A stretch of 64,000 nucleotides of DNA, from IMG/VR virus record IMGVR_UViG_3300021256_002372, positions 32,001 to 96,000 of that record; one strand, written 5' to 3'. Made by a program: the position numbers and the translations under genes. The stretch is from a virus (taxonomy: Duplodnaviria; Caudoviricetes). Numbering within the stretch: position 1 is the first letter of the stretch; each line of letters begins with the position of its first letter. Below are positions 18,922 through 28,744 of the stretch, piece after piece. The notes beneath the pieces were generated by a model. That model did not search any database. It was not told the DNA's origin and saw only the letters and a list, made by a program, of their open reading frames with translations.

Positions 18922-21570
18922 TTACATTGTTTTCAGCATTTCTGCAAAATCAGCAAGGGTATGTGCGTTTTTGATTGGTTTATCCATAAATACCATAAAA
19001 TAGCTGTATTTCGTTCCAGTTTCGGAGGCACTCGATGCCCACCGTTTACCTAATTCCAACTTCGTATCGCTATCATCATTACCAAGCTGTTCGCCCTTAA
19101 ACTCAACTACAAGAATCCGGCCAGACTTCATTTTCACTATGAAATCCGGATAATGGTTGATGAAGGCATTGATCTTAAAGCCTTTTTTTCCTATGATTCT
19201 GTGCCACCACTCGACACTGTCCGTGCTTGCGAACACATCACGCAGTTTGGCTTCATCATCGTTAAGGTCATCGCATTCTGACTCATACAGAGAAAGCGGT
19301 ATAGCGGAAGTCGCATCTGAGGGAGTAATGATGTCCGGAAACGCATATTCTTCCTGACAGCAGATTTTCCCGCTGTCAAGCCACTTATAAAACATTTTCT
19401 CTCTGTATGCATCCTGCAACTTTTCAATTTTATCCTTGATACGCAGAGCATAGGTCTGGAAAGAGGTCTCAATCACAGACAGCTCGTCCTCAGTCATATT
19501 GGCTACGACTCTGTGAACATAGGCTTCAATATCAGATGCGGCAAAGGCATTATTCTTATTGATGATATGGCAGATATTGCGTACACAGCTTGCAATTTTC
19601 TCCTCCGGAGCCATTCTTGCGAGCATTTCTCTGAGGTAGTCGCTTTGAAGCTGGGATGCACGCTTATACTTCGGAACTGCATCGCCCTGCTCTGCAACAT
19701 CGAATTCGTACATTTCTCCTGCTGACAGCGTGAAGTTCACCTCGGCATCCTGCCCACTGAGAGTAAATCCGTCAAGCAGTGCATCCTTTTCAAGTTTTAC
19801 TGTATCGCCAAAGAACAAGCTCTGTGCAGACTGGATAAAGAACTGCGGAATACGAAGAGCCTTGACCTGTTCCGTATACTGCGGTTGGATGTGATATTGT
19901 TTCATCATATTTCCTAATTCGCCCCCGATAAAACCGGAGGACTCGCTCTGTTCTGCTTCTTCCTCGTACTCTTCAGACTGCTTTTCAGCGTGAGAGATCA
20001 TAGCTTCGATCTCGGGAGAAGCAGATGTTGTGGCTGTAGGTGTGAATGTGAGTGAATGCTTATCTGCGTCGGTCGGAACAATATCCGAGAAATCATCAAT
20101 ATCGCTCTGCACAGGTTCATCTGTTGCAGGAGGTGCCAGAGGAATGGACGGCTGCTCAGCAGGAGTATCCTCGGGCTCATCAGCCGCAGGAAGTTCCTCT
20201 TCACCAATGCGGTAATCTTTGCTGCTGAAGCCTGCGCTGTTCAGTCCCTTAACAATATTGTTCAGGGTATCACGGAAATCATTAGAAGAAGTCAGAACGA
20301 AAGACATATTCAGTAGCTTAGACTCGTGCTTTCTTGCATACGGCTGACGAAGGATTCTACCGAGAATCTGCTCAACATCGACTTTGGAGGTTTTATTGGC
20401 GAGCGATGCAAGAATATATGCAAATGGACAGTCCCAACCTTCTTTCAGAGCATTGACGGTAATGATATATCGAATCGGGCAATCACGGTTCATAAGGTCG
20501 GTTTTGCCAAGATCATCAACCTTTGATGTTTTGATTGCAATCTGTTCTTCGGGAATATCATATTCCATCAGCATTTGCTTGACTTTTTCAAAGGTTTCGC
20601 TGTCGCTGTTTGTATTTGGCTGTGCCTGAAACAGAACGATAGGACGGATATATTGTCCTCCCGCTTGTTCTTCTGCAATTGCTTGCTGTTCGAGTGTGTT
20701 TCGGAGCTTGATAGCATCCATAATCACGCTCTTTCGGGATGTACGGTTATACACGATAACAGGGAGCTTGACCATGTTTTCCTTTTTCAGCTCTCTTGCA
20801 TTCACATAGGAAATGATGTTGCTGTTCTTGCGGGGTGTCGCTGTCAGGTCAAGCACAAAGGACGGATTCAGGTTTTTCAACATCTCCACGCTGAGATCGG
20901 AGCCTGCATTGTGGCTCTCGTCCACGACCACAACCGGCTGCAAATGGCGCAGAACCTGAATCAGTGCCGTATCCGGTGTATCTGCCAACAGAGCAGAATC
21001 ATCCTTGAAATACTCAGCAAAGCGCAGGAGATTTCCGTTTTCCTGATACACCTTGCGGACATCCTTCTTCTTGCTGTCAATACGGAGAGAGCCATAGCTG
21101 AGAATGCAAACTGTGAGCTGTTCCCGTACTGTATCGGGTGAGAAATTCTGTCCGGTCAGCAGCATTTCCTTTGTATAGACACCGACACGCCCTGCAAAAT
21201 CAGCATTCAGCCGCTGACGGTATGGGTGGTCGATGCTCATGAGATTCTTTGTAGTTTGGACAAGGATAGGATCAGACGGCACAAGCCACACAACCATTTT
21301 CAGTTTGCCCTGTGGAAGTTCATCAAAGATGCACTTGACAGCAGAGCAAGCCATGAAGGTCTTGCCGCCGCCGGTCGGCACTTTCATGCAGACGTGCGGA
21401 ACACCTGCTATCGCATTCTGGTATGCCGGAACGCCGCCGAGTCCGACAGCAATATCCTGCTCCCGCCAATAGTGCCGCCATGCCTTGTTGAGGTCGTTGT
21501 CATCGTTCAGGATAGAAATATAGGTAGAGAGGTCACGCATGACCGATTTCTGATAGTTTTTCAGTTCCAT
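18922..21570 (-). CDS. res: Type III restriction endonuclease, Res subunit
   Basis: VPTGGGKT, DESH, ALKEGWDCP, QILGRILR, C-terminal YPDF...VEFKG; follows mod. Confidence 0.9.
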   Translation of the reverse strand: MELKNYQKSVMRDLSTYISILNDDNDLNKAWRHYWREQDIAVGLGGVPAYQNAIAGVPHVCMKVPTGGGKTFMACSAVKCIFDELPQGKLKMVVWLVPSDPILVQTTKNLMSIDHPYRQRLNADFAGRVGVYTKEMLLTGQNFSPDTVREQLTVCILSYGSLRIDSKKKDVRKVYQENGNLLRFAEYFKDDSALLADTPDTALIQVLRHLQPVVVVDESHNAGSDLSVEMLKNLNPSFVLDLTATPRKNSNIISYVNARELKKENMVKLPVIVYNRTSRKSVIMDAIKLRNTLEQQAIAEEQAGGQYIRPIVLFQAQPNTNSDSETFEKVKQMLMEYDIPEEQIAIKTSKVDDLGKTDLMNRDCPIRYIITVNALKEGWDCPFAYILASLANKTSKVDVEQILGRILRQPYARKHESKLLNMSFVLTSSNDFRDTLNNIVKGLNSAGFSSKDYRIGEEELPAADEPEDTPAEQPSIPLAPPATDEPVQSDIDDFSDIVPTDADKHSLTFTPTATTSASPEIEAMISHAEKQSEEYEEEAEQSESSGFIGGELGNMMKQYHIQPQYTEQVKALRIPQFFIQSAQSLFFGDTVKLEKDALLDGFTLSGQDAEVNFTLSAGEMYEFDVAEQGDAVPKYKRASQLQSDYLREMLARMAPEEKIASCVRNICHIINKNNAFAASDIEAYVHRVVANMTEDELSVIETSFQTYALRIKDKIEKLQDAYREKMFYKWLDSGKICCQEEYAFPDIITPSDATSAIPLSLYESECDDLNDDEAKLRDVFASTDSVEWWHRIIGKKGFKINAFINHYPDFIVKMKSGRILVVEFKGEQLGNDDSDTKLELGKRWASSASETGTKYSYFMVFMDKPIKNAHTLADFAEMLKTM

Positions 21571-21581
21571 GCTGTACCTCC

Positions 21582-23156
21582 TTACAGTCTTGTGATGTCA
21601 CGCGGAATCTTTTTGAATGTGATGTGATAACGCTCCAGCTCTTCTTCGCTGAGAATGCAGCGGTCGGCATAGATCACATAGCTTTCCGCTTTGGTCTTGA
21701 CCGTTGACAGGAAAGCGTGATCGAGTGTTGTTGCGGCATTTTTGTCATAGAAGAAGTAGTATGCCGTGTCAAGATAGGAGCCAAGATAATGCGGCTCGTC
21801 CTCTTTATTGGTTACAGGCTGTTTTGTTTCTGTGAAATAGACATAGCTTCTGATTTTGTCAAGCGGTACATTTTCATTGAGGTATTCACCGTCAAGGAGC
21901 TTTTCACCAAGTTCATAGAAGGTGAAGCCGCCGCCTGTTCCTTCGACTGCCTTTTTGCCGTCACCGTAGCCGTCAATGACACGGCGCACACGTTCAGCGG
22001 TGATCGTTTCAGCATAGTCACACATCTCGATTAGAATAAACTTGCGGTTACCGCCGTCAGCTTTGTTCATGTTGAGGACAGCGTGTGCAGTTGTGCCGGA
22101 GCCTGCAAAAGAGTCGAGAATGACAGAATCCTTGTCGGTTGCAATCTGCATCACTCGTTCTATTAAACGAGTAGGCTTAGGTGTATCAAAAATGCTCTCA
22201 TTATCTGAAAGTATGGACATGATCTCTTTCTTAGCTTCATCTGTGTGTCCTACTTCATCACTAGGCCACCAAGTCCACGGAACAGCTCCTTCGACCTCGC
22301 TCAAATATCTGATAGTTTGGGGCTGAGAATCTCCATTCTTACCAAAATATATACGACCTGCTTCCAGTAGTTTTTTGAACTCAGGCTCTATGGTACTCCA
22401 ACAACGTCCCTTGGGAGGAGTTACTATTTTACCGCTAGGTGTTTCTATAGGATACATTTGATTTGGCCGAAATCCCTGTGCTGTCATCGGAACACCGCGC
22501 CAACGTCCTTTAGGATCGTTATTCGGATTTTTATAGATTTGCGCTTGTTTTTCGTCGAATCCTATTTTATGGCGTGTGTTTTTGAATACTTCGACATCAG
22601 AAGCATATACAAGTAGATATTCGTGCGCATCGCCAAAAGCGCCTCTGTTCTCACGAGAATATCTTTTTTGCCAAACTACAGTTGCTATATGATTGTTTCT
22701 TCCAAAAACTTCGTTGCAGATGATCTTTAGTTCTTCAATTTCATTTTCATCAATAGAAATAAAGATTACTCCTGTTTGTGGATCCAATAGTTTCTGTAAC
22801 AGTTTCAACCTTGGATACATCATGCACAGCCACTTATCATGCCGTGACAAATCTTCACTCTCTGAACCGACAACCTGACCAAGCCATTTTCGGATACGGG
22901 GATCATTGACATTATCGTTGTATACCCAGCCTTCGTTGCCGGTATTGTACGGCGGATCAATGTAGATGCACCGGATTTTTCCTTCGTATTCCGGCAGCAG
23001 ACTTTTCAGCGCCTCCAGATTATCTCCGTGGATAATCATGTTGCCTGTGTCATCACCATAGGTATACTGCGGATCTAACACACGGTAGGGTACGTCCATA
23101 TGATGATTGATAACCTTGTCTTTTCCGATCCAGTCAAGTGTCGGCATTATGGTCAC
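21582..23156 (-). CDS. mod: Type III R-M DNA methyltransferase, Mod subunit
   Basis: IHGDNLEALK, IYIDPPYNTG, TPKP, LDSFAGSGTTAHAV. Confidence 0.92.
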   Translation of the reverse strand: MTIMPTLDWIGKDKVINHHMDVPYRVLDPQYTYGDDTGNMIIHGDNLEALKSLLPEYEGKIRCIYIDPPYNTGNEGWVYNDNVNDPRIRKWLGQVVGSESEDLSRHDKWLCMMYPRLKLLQKLLDPQTGVIFISIDENEIEELKIICNEVFGRNNHIATVVWQKRYSRENRGAFGDAHEYLLVYASDVEVFKNTRHKIGFDEKQAQIYKNPNNDPKGRWRGVPMTAQGFRPNQMYPIETPSGKIVTPPKGRCWSTIEPEFKKLLEAGRIYFGKNGDSQPQTIRYLSEVEGAVPWTWWPSDEVGHTDEAKKEIMSILSDNESIFDTPKPTRLIERVMQIATDKDSVILDSFAGSGTTAHAVLNMNKADGGNRKFILIEMCDYAETITAERVRRVIDGYGDGKKAVEGTGGGFTFYELGEKLLDGEYLNENVPLDKIRSYVYFTETKQPVTNKEDEPHYLGSYLDTAYYFFYDKNAATTLDHAFLSTVKTKAESYVIYADRCILSEEELERYHITFKKIPRDITRL

Positions 23157-23190
23157 GCTCCTTTTAAATTGTATAATAACTCAATATATT

Positions 23191-23219
23191 ATTATAGCAC
23201 AATTGCAGTCCATTTTCAA
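23191..23219 (-). promoter_or_regulatory. SigA promoter of mod-res
   Basis: TTGAAA-17 bp-TATAAT with TG extension. Confidence 0.75.
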
Positions 23220-23296
23220 GCCTTTGTACTGCATTTCGTGCGAAAAATACTCCTGATAACTTCAACGGAGCTTATAGCCAGCATACTCTATCGTTC

Positions 23297-24463
23297 TCAC
23301 ATCAACCCATAAGACTCAGCAAACTTCGCAAGATCCTCCGGTGGAGTGTTCTTTATCATCTCTGCCATATACAGGCTGCCGAGCGTTTCTATATCATCAG
23401 GCGTAATCTTGTAACCGCACTCATTATGCACCATATCAAATACATGGTGAATAATCGACATAAACGGCATCTTCATCTTGTTCAGTTTCTTCTCCAAATC
23501 CTCCCATTGCTCTGCCTCGCCACCTTCGCGTGAGTTCATGATTGCAGATAGATAACGGTGCAGCAGAGATTTGGACAGAGGATTTCCAACCTTAACCTTC
23601 TTAGCGATAGAATGCAGCTCCTTTGAAATCTCATTCAAGTGCAGTGACGGCTGCTGATAGACGAGATCCTGAACAATTTCAGCAATAAATTCACGCCAGA
23701 TCGCATAACCGGCATTCATGCGGCCGTCATTATATTCTTCAGAGGGTGTTTCCGGTGTGCCTGCACAGTATAGGTCATAGAAGCGCTGACCAACTTTTCC
23801 TGCTGTCTCGATTTCGTGTGTGGTGCAAAAGATATGTGCCAGCTCATGAACGAGAATAATCTTGTAATAGTCTAAATCAGCCAGCTCTTGTGGCGGATCA
23901 ACACGAATCATCAGTCCGTCAACATGGGCAGGATCGTCGATATCAGTTTGACCTACGAATGCCTCAGCAAGAACAGACTCAAAGTCGCTCATGATGCGTT
24001 TTTCGGAGTGAAACCCGTATTTTTGAGTGAACTCATTATAAACTTCCACGATATTATCCAGCGTACAGAAAGCGACCTTGATATTGTCAAGGGAATAGTT
24101 TGTGTCGAGATAGTCGTTATACAGCTCACAGGCTTGCTGAAGAAAAGTCGTGAGCGTTTCCTCGATATCCGATGTTGCAGATTGTTTGCTGCTGATTTCA
24201 ATGTATTTATTCATGACTTTACCCTCTGGAAAGAATGCATAGGGGTCTAATTTAAGAACAGCGCAGATTGCAAGTGCTGTTCTGAGTGTCGCCGTTTCAA
24301 GGTTTCGTTCACCACTTTCGATACGCTGATACTGACGAAGCTGAAGTTTGGCGGCTTTTGCCACTTGCTGCTGTGATAGCCCCAGCTTTTCACGGCGGGT
24401 GCGCAGTATCTCCTGACTTGTGATTCTGTCATCATATACGAGTGGGAAACTGATAAAGTTCAT
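23297..24463 (-). CDS. XRE-family HTH protein fused to an HExxH zinc-peptidase-like domain
   Basis: RREKLGLSQQQVAK...YQRIESGER HTH; ILVHELAHIF; later W.EF.AE. Confidence 0.8.
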   Translation of the reverse strand: MNFISFPLVYDDRITSQEILRTRREKLGLSQQQVAKAAKLQLRQYQRIESGERNLETATLRTALAICAVLKLDPYAFFPEGKVMNKYIEISSKQSATSDIEETLTTFLQQACELYNDYLDTNYSLDNIKVAFCTLDNIVEVYNEFTQKYGFHSEKRIMSDFESVLAEAFVGQTDIDDPAHVDGLMIRVDPPQELADLDYYKIILVHELAHIFCTTHEIETAGKVGQRFYDLYCAGTPETPSEEYNDGRMNAGYAIWREFIAEIVQDLVYQQPSLHLNEISKELHSIAKKVKVGNPLSKSLLHRYLSAIMNSREGGEAEQWEDLEKKLNKMKMPFMSIIHHVFDMVHNECGYKITPDDIETLGSLYMAEMIKNTPPEDLAKFAESYGLM

Positions 24464-24540
24464 GTAAGGGCCTCCTTTTAATACTATACGACCAGATGGC
24501 GAACATTAGATAACAGCTGTAAAGTAGCATACTTTGCACC

Positions 24541-24570
24541 AGTATAGCAAAGAAGACCGTGGTTTGTCAA
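24541..24570 (-). promoter_or_regulatory. SigA promoter of the XRE-HExxH gene
   Basis: TTGACA-18 bp-TATACT with TG extension. Confidence 0.65.
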
Positions 24571-24608
24571 TAGGCAAAATAAACAAATCAGAAGGACAAT
24601 TTTGATGC

Positions 24609-24672
24609 AAAAAAGAAAAAGGCTCTGTCGGAGAATGAACACTTCAATACGGTGTGTTCTCCCACAGAGCCT
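24609..24672 (-). terminator. Long hairpin plus T-tract upstream of the XRE promoter
   Basis: AGGCTCTGT.GGAGAA...TTCTCC.ACAGAGCCT followed by TTTTCTTTTT on the - strand. Confidence 0.55.
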
Positions 24673-25094
24673 GTTATTATCCATTTTTCTCCAAGCACAT
24701 CTCAGTCAAATCTTTCTAACATATCTCCTAAAGTCGTTGCTGAATTGAGTGCGTATCAATTAGTGTCTCCTCAATAACCCGTTTTTCTCAGATTCCCTCC
24801 GAAATCAGCTTGAAAACGGTATAAACCTTGGATTTGTGGCATTTTTCTATCAGTTATATCATGAATAATGCAGTAAAATGCTGCCGATTTCAAGTCGCCA
24901 TTCTAAAAAGTGCAAGCTTTTTTGCGGATTTGTTTCAAAAACCTTGCACCTGTCTCCTCTAAAACGATGTGATTTCTTCGTATCAGCGTTAGTATTGAGT
25001 TGTTGAGTAGACACCAATTAGAAATCGTTTTTAGGTCAGAGACGCACCCCTATGGTAGTACGATTTTTGCAACAAGGGTATTGTAATCTCATCA

Positions 25095-27492
25095 TTATCT
25101 TTTCCCTGTCATCATCTGGAAATGCTGCTCCTGATGCATAACTTTAAAAATTCGCTCAAAAACGTCTCGAAGACTATCTACGCTTACCGCAGAAGAATCA
25201 TAGTATAGACCATCATTAAAACCGATGGCGCCAACATTTAGCATGGCTATCATAGCCGATGCTGCAATATAGTCTGTTCGATCTTCTGTGCCGTCATCAA
25301 GCGTCTTCACAAACTCCTTTTCATTCATGTCCAGGAGTTCGTGTCGCAGATTGCCGCTTTTAAATCCTACCATTTGAATAAAGTAGTATTCGAGAATTTG
25401 TCGCATTATCATCATGAGTGTTTCCGAGTCATCAGTGTAACTATATTCGTGCCAGAGGGTATCATATGTATTACGAACTGGGGAACGATTAATCTTACTT
25501 CCGCCTGAGAATTTCAGTTCATCCGTACACTCTGCAATACTGGTCTGATTATCCTTGCTCTTTTTGATTTCAAAGAACGATGCGCATTCATAGTCACTAA
25601 TTCGGTTATAAGTGATTTCTCGGAAGAAGTAGGGGTTGTGTGTCATGCAGAAGAATTGGCGGATGTGATCGTCACTTCCAGTTTTAGTCATATCGTAGTT
25701 ATTATAGCAAACTGCGATCATCTCCCGAACCAGTGAGGCAACAATAAAGAGTGAACTGCTGTCCATTGAGGATACCGGATCATCAATGATTACTATCTTG
25801 TCTACGACCTTTCCTTCATCCGACTGACTGCCCATAACCATGTGGTAGAAGTACAGGAAGGCTATAAAGTTACGCTCGCCTTCGCTAAGATTCTGTTGCA
25901 CAACTTCTGGATTTCCGCTGTTATCCCTTACAAGTTCGTATACATATTTTGCGCCGGCTTTTTCTTGCAAGTAAAAGCCGCGGAATCCGGCATTTTTGAT
26001 TGCCTTGTTAATGTCGTGCATCGCTTTGGTGGTATTGACGGTCTGACTGTTAAGAAATGCAATATGACGCTCAATCTCATTTGCGTTATCTATGAGCTGC
26101 TTCGCCTCACCATTGGCTTTTCTCCATTCTTCGCGATCAGATTCTGTTTTTTTCTTCCAGTTTGATATTATGTCATCACATTCTTTCGCCAAAAGCCCCC
26201 AGACCATCTTTGTGCATTTTACAGTTTGACCGGGAATGTCAGCAAGAACCGCCATATACGCTTTGATCTCAGCATTAATTGCTTCAGTGAGGTCATTGAT
26301 ATATTTTGAAGTTGAAATAAGACTTTCTATAATGATTGATTCGGCAGGGTTATCCTTCTTTTTCTGAAGCAAAACAAAGTTTCTTTCTATTATTGACATC
26401 AGAAGTTGAGCGTGCTGCCTGTAGTCATCTAATTTGCGAGACGGAAAAGGCGCTTGAAGGTTCCTTTGAATCACTTGCTTTGTATCGTTCATTAAATTTG
26501 TGATTTCTTCAAAATAAAAATCCAAGTTGGAAAGATCCTTCTTGTACTGTTCGTCATAACATGTTGCAAGCATTTCCTCAAAATTTTCAGGAAGCATTCT
26601 TTGACAATAAGGGCATTTCCCGTCTGCTTTATCATGGAACTGTCTGTGTCCAGCAGCAACCCAGTCCATATTACCCAAAGCACGGATAAAAGCAGCAAAT
26701 TCTGTATCAGATCTGCTAACAATCGATTTTCGCATGATTTCGCTCATTGGCTCTATAACAGATGGAATGGGTTTGAACTCTGAATATGATTGCTGATTGG
26801 AATCAGAGATAGTAAGATAGAGGTTAAAGCATTCTTCTTCCGTTGTATCCAAAGGTTGTGTTTCCTCAAGTTTTTTTACGAACTTGCTCTTGTCTTTCAT
26901 AAATCCTGTTTGAGTTGTAGGAAACCTCTTTCTTATAGCTTCGGTTTTCTTCCAAACAGTCGTTATGTATTCTTGCTCGGCTTGTTCATGATTGCTTTTA
27001 TTACTTCGGCAATAATATAATTTGATCAGTTTGAACTAAAAATCAGGAAAGGACGCAACAGCGTTCTTTTGACGGATTTTCAAAAAGAAGAGCCAATTGT
27101 TTAATTGCCGAAGTAATAACCTGATCAGCAGTGGATTGTGCTTCTCTTGCACGTTTTACAAGCTCGGCTTTTATTGCAGCTTGATCGTCTGCCTCTTTCT
27201 TTTTTTGAGCATTGATATCAGAAATAGTGAACACACCCGGAATATTACCATAGCTTTGAATGTTCGCCTTAATAAAGTCTTCGTTATAAACAAGAATCTG
27301 TTCATCTGAAAGTGCCGCATCGCTCCATGTTAGTAATGCCGAATGATTCTTGAAAGATCTGCCGAGGGTAGATTTGCCAGTACCGTTTTTGCCATAGAAA
27401 AAGTTGAGCATGGTCGGTCGGAATGTTACATTGTGGTAAGTTGGGGCATTGATTGTGATGTCAGTAATGTAGCGTCTGATTTTGTCGCTCAT
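25095..27492 (-). pseudogene. AAA_13/RloC-like ABC ATPase with zinc hook, interrupted by a MITE
   Basis: Walker A GKNGTGKST in 27492-27043. CPYC hook, LSEGE, IIDDPVSSMD and THN in 26900-25095. Removing 118 bp restores one 759-aa frame (...ADQV|KSNHEQ...). Confidence 0.88.
27001..27116. mobile_element. 116-bp non-autonomous MITE-like insertion
   Basis: Perfect 13-bp terminal inverted repeats TTACTTCGGCAAT / ATTGCCGAAGTAA, imperfectly extendable; TA on both sides (26999-27000, 27117-27118). Confidence 0.85.
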
Positions 27493-27504
27493 TAGAATTC
27501 CTCC

Positions 27505-28173
27505 TTATTTCACTTCAATTCCTTTGTCTTTGGTGATCTGTATGAGATCACCACGCCTTATACTCCAATGTTCCTCGTCAAGCTGATTCCTGACATGAGC
27601 TGAGATAAGATGAAAATCCTGTATATTGTTATTAATCATTTCCTGCTGGAAATATTTAGTTGTTTCAAACACTTCATAGTTAAAAATGATCTTTCCAGGT
27701 TGCGGCTGAATTTTCGTCAGCCTGCCAAGAAAAGACGGGCAATCTTGAAAGGCAGTCTGGAATCTTTCATTTTTCACTGTGAAGAGACATGGCATTTTCA
27801 GCAGTTCGTTAATGTGCCGGTCAGATAGCGGCGAATAGTATTCCTTAAGCTGTGAGTCAGTGTACTTCAAAGATAATTCTGCACTAATTGAAAAAGAAGA
27901 ACCAGAATAGTCTTCGTTATTTAGTACGAACAGATGGAAATGTGAGCGATCAAGTTTAATCCATTCTACGCTGTGCGACTTATGCTGGATTGGGGTTTGT
28001 TGTTGCATGGCTAATGAAATAGCCTGGACGAGCGTTTCAGGGCATCCTTCAATAACCAAATTTCCCTGCAAATTACCTACCGCAATACCATTGTCGGAAG
28101 CAGTAACAGTAGTAGGAACTTGAAACTGTGTCGGAAGCTGAGAGTCTTTGGACTTTACTATCTCATTTTTCAT
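27505..28173 (-). CDS. Hypothetical protein: N-terminal amyloid-like motif plus uncharacterised domain (paralog of 28181-28744)
   Basis: VTASDNGIAVGNLQGNLVI near the N-terminus; MPCLF...LDEEHWSIRRGDL; SD GAGG. Confidence 0.8.
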   Translation of the reverse strand: MKNEIVKSKDSQLPTQFQVPTTVTASDNGIAVGNLQGNLVIEGCPETLVQAISLAMQQQTPIQHKSHSVEWIKLDRSHFHLFVLNNEDYSGSSFSISAELSLKYTDSQLKEYYSPLSDRHINELLKMPCLFTVKNERFQTAFQDCPSFLGRLTKIQPQPGKIIFNYEVFETTKYFQQEMINNNIQDFHLISAHVRNQLDEEHWSIRRGDLIQITKDKGIEVK

Positions 28174-28180
28174 TTATACC

Positions 28181-28744
28181 TCACTTTCCGGGGAATACTC
28201 CCGCATCCTGCATTACTTCAAGTAAATCCACCTTTTTTATAGTCCAGTGTGTCCTTGTCAACTCAAACAAGTGCATAGCAAGATCGGACAAGTTATCCTT
28301 CAGAAAGGAAAACGGAATAGGGAAAAATCTCTGGAAATACACCTTGACACCGTTGTCTTGATCCCTGACATCCTTAATAAAAGCAAATACTGCTTGCTGT
28401 TCCTCAGTGCCATCACGTTCCATTGCGATGATTGCAGGCAGCTTTTTTATTTTTTCAACGATCTCATCTGACCAACCGCAGAACTCATTTTTTACCTCGT
28501 CCGTTATGTACTCGGTCAGAGCACGAGATTTATCCACGAGGATGTAGTTTTTTTCAAAAGGGTCATATCCTATTATCAGGTTGAAGTACCTTGGACGGGA
28601 TGCGGTCTTGATTCCGTCAGAAAGGAACAGATTAATTGTCGGAGAAAATGAATCAGTGTATCCAACTGCAATTCCGTCCCCTTCGGCATGAGCAGAGAAC
28701 GATGTCGGAATAGCGCCTTCTTTTTTTACGATGTCATTACTCAT
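28181..28744 (-). CDS. Hypothetical protein: N-terminal amyloid-like motif plus uncharacterised domain
   Basis: FSAHAEGDGIAVGY near the N-terminus; LPAII...ELTRTHWTIKKVDL; overlaps the upstream stop. Confidence 0.8.
   Translation of the reverse strand: MSNDIVKKEGAIPTSFSAHAEGDGIAVGYTDSFSPTINLFLSDGIKTASRPRYFNLIIGYDPFEKNYILVDKSRALTEYITDEVKNEFCGWSDEIVEKIKKLPAIIAMERDGTEEQQAVFAFIKDVRDQDNGVKVYFQRFFPIPFSFLKDNLSDLAMHLFELTRTHWTIKKVDLLEVMQDAGVFPGK

Noticed and set aside
24484-24684. 66-aa ORF upstream of the XRE gene
   Set aside because: Runs through a terminator-like hairpin and the promoter; no protein-like features.
27043-27492. Independent 149-aa ATPase or sequencing frameshift
   Set aside because: Explained exactly by the TIR-bounded 116-bp insertion.
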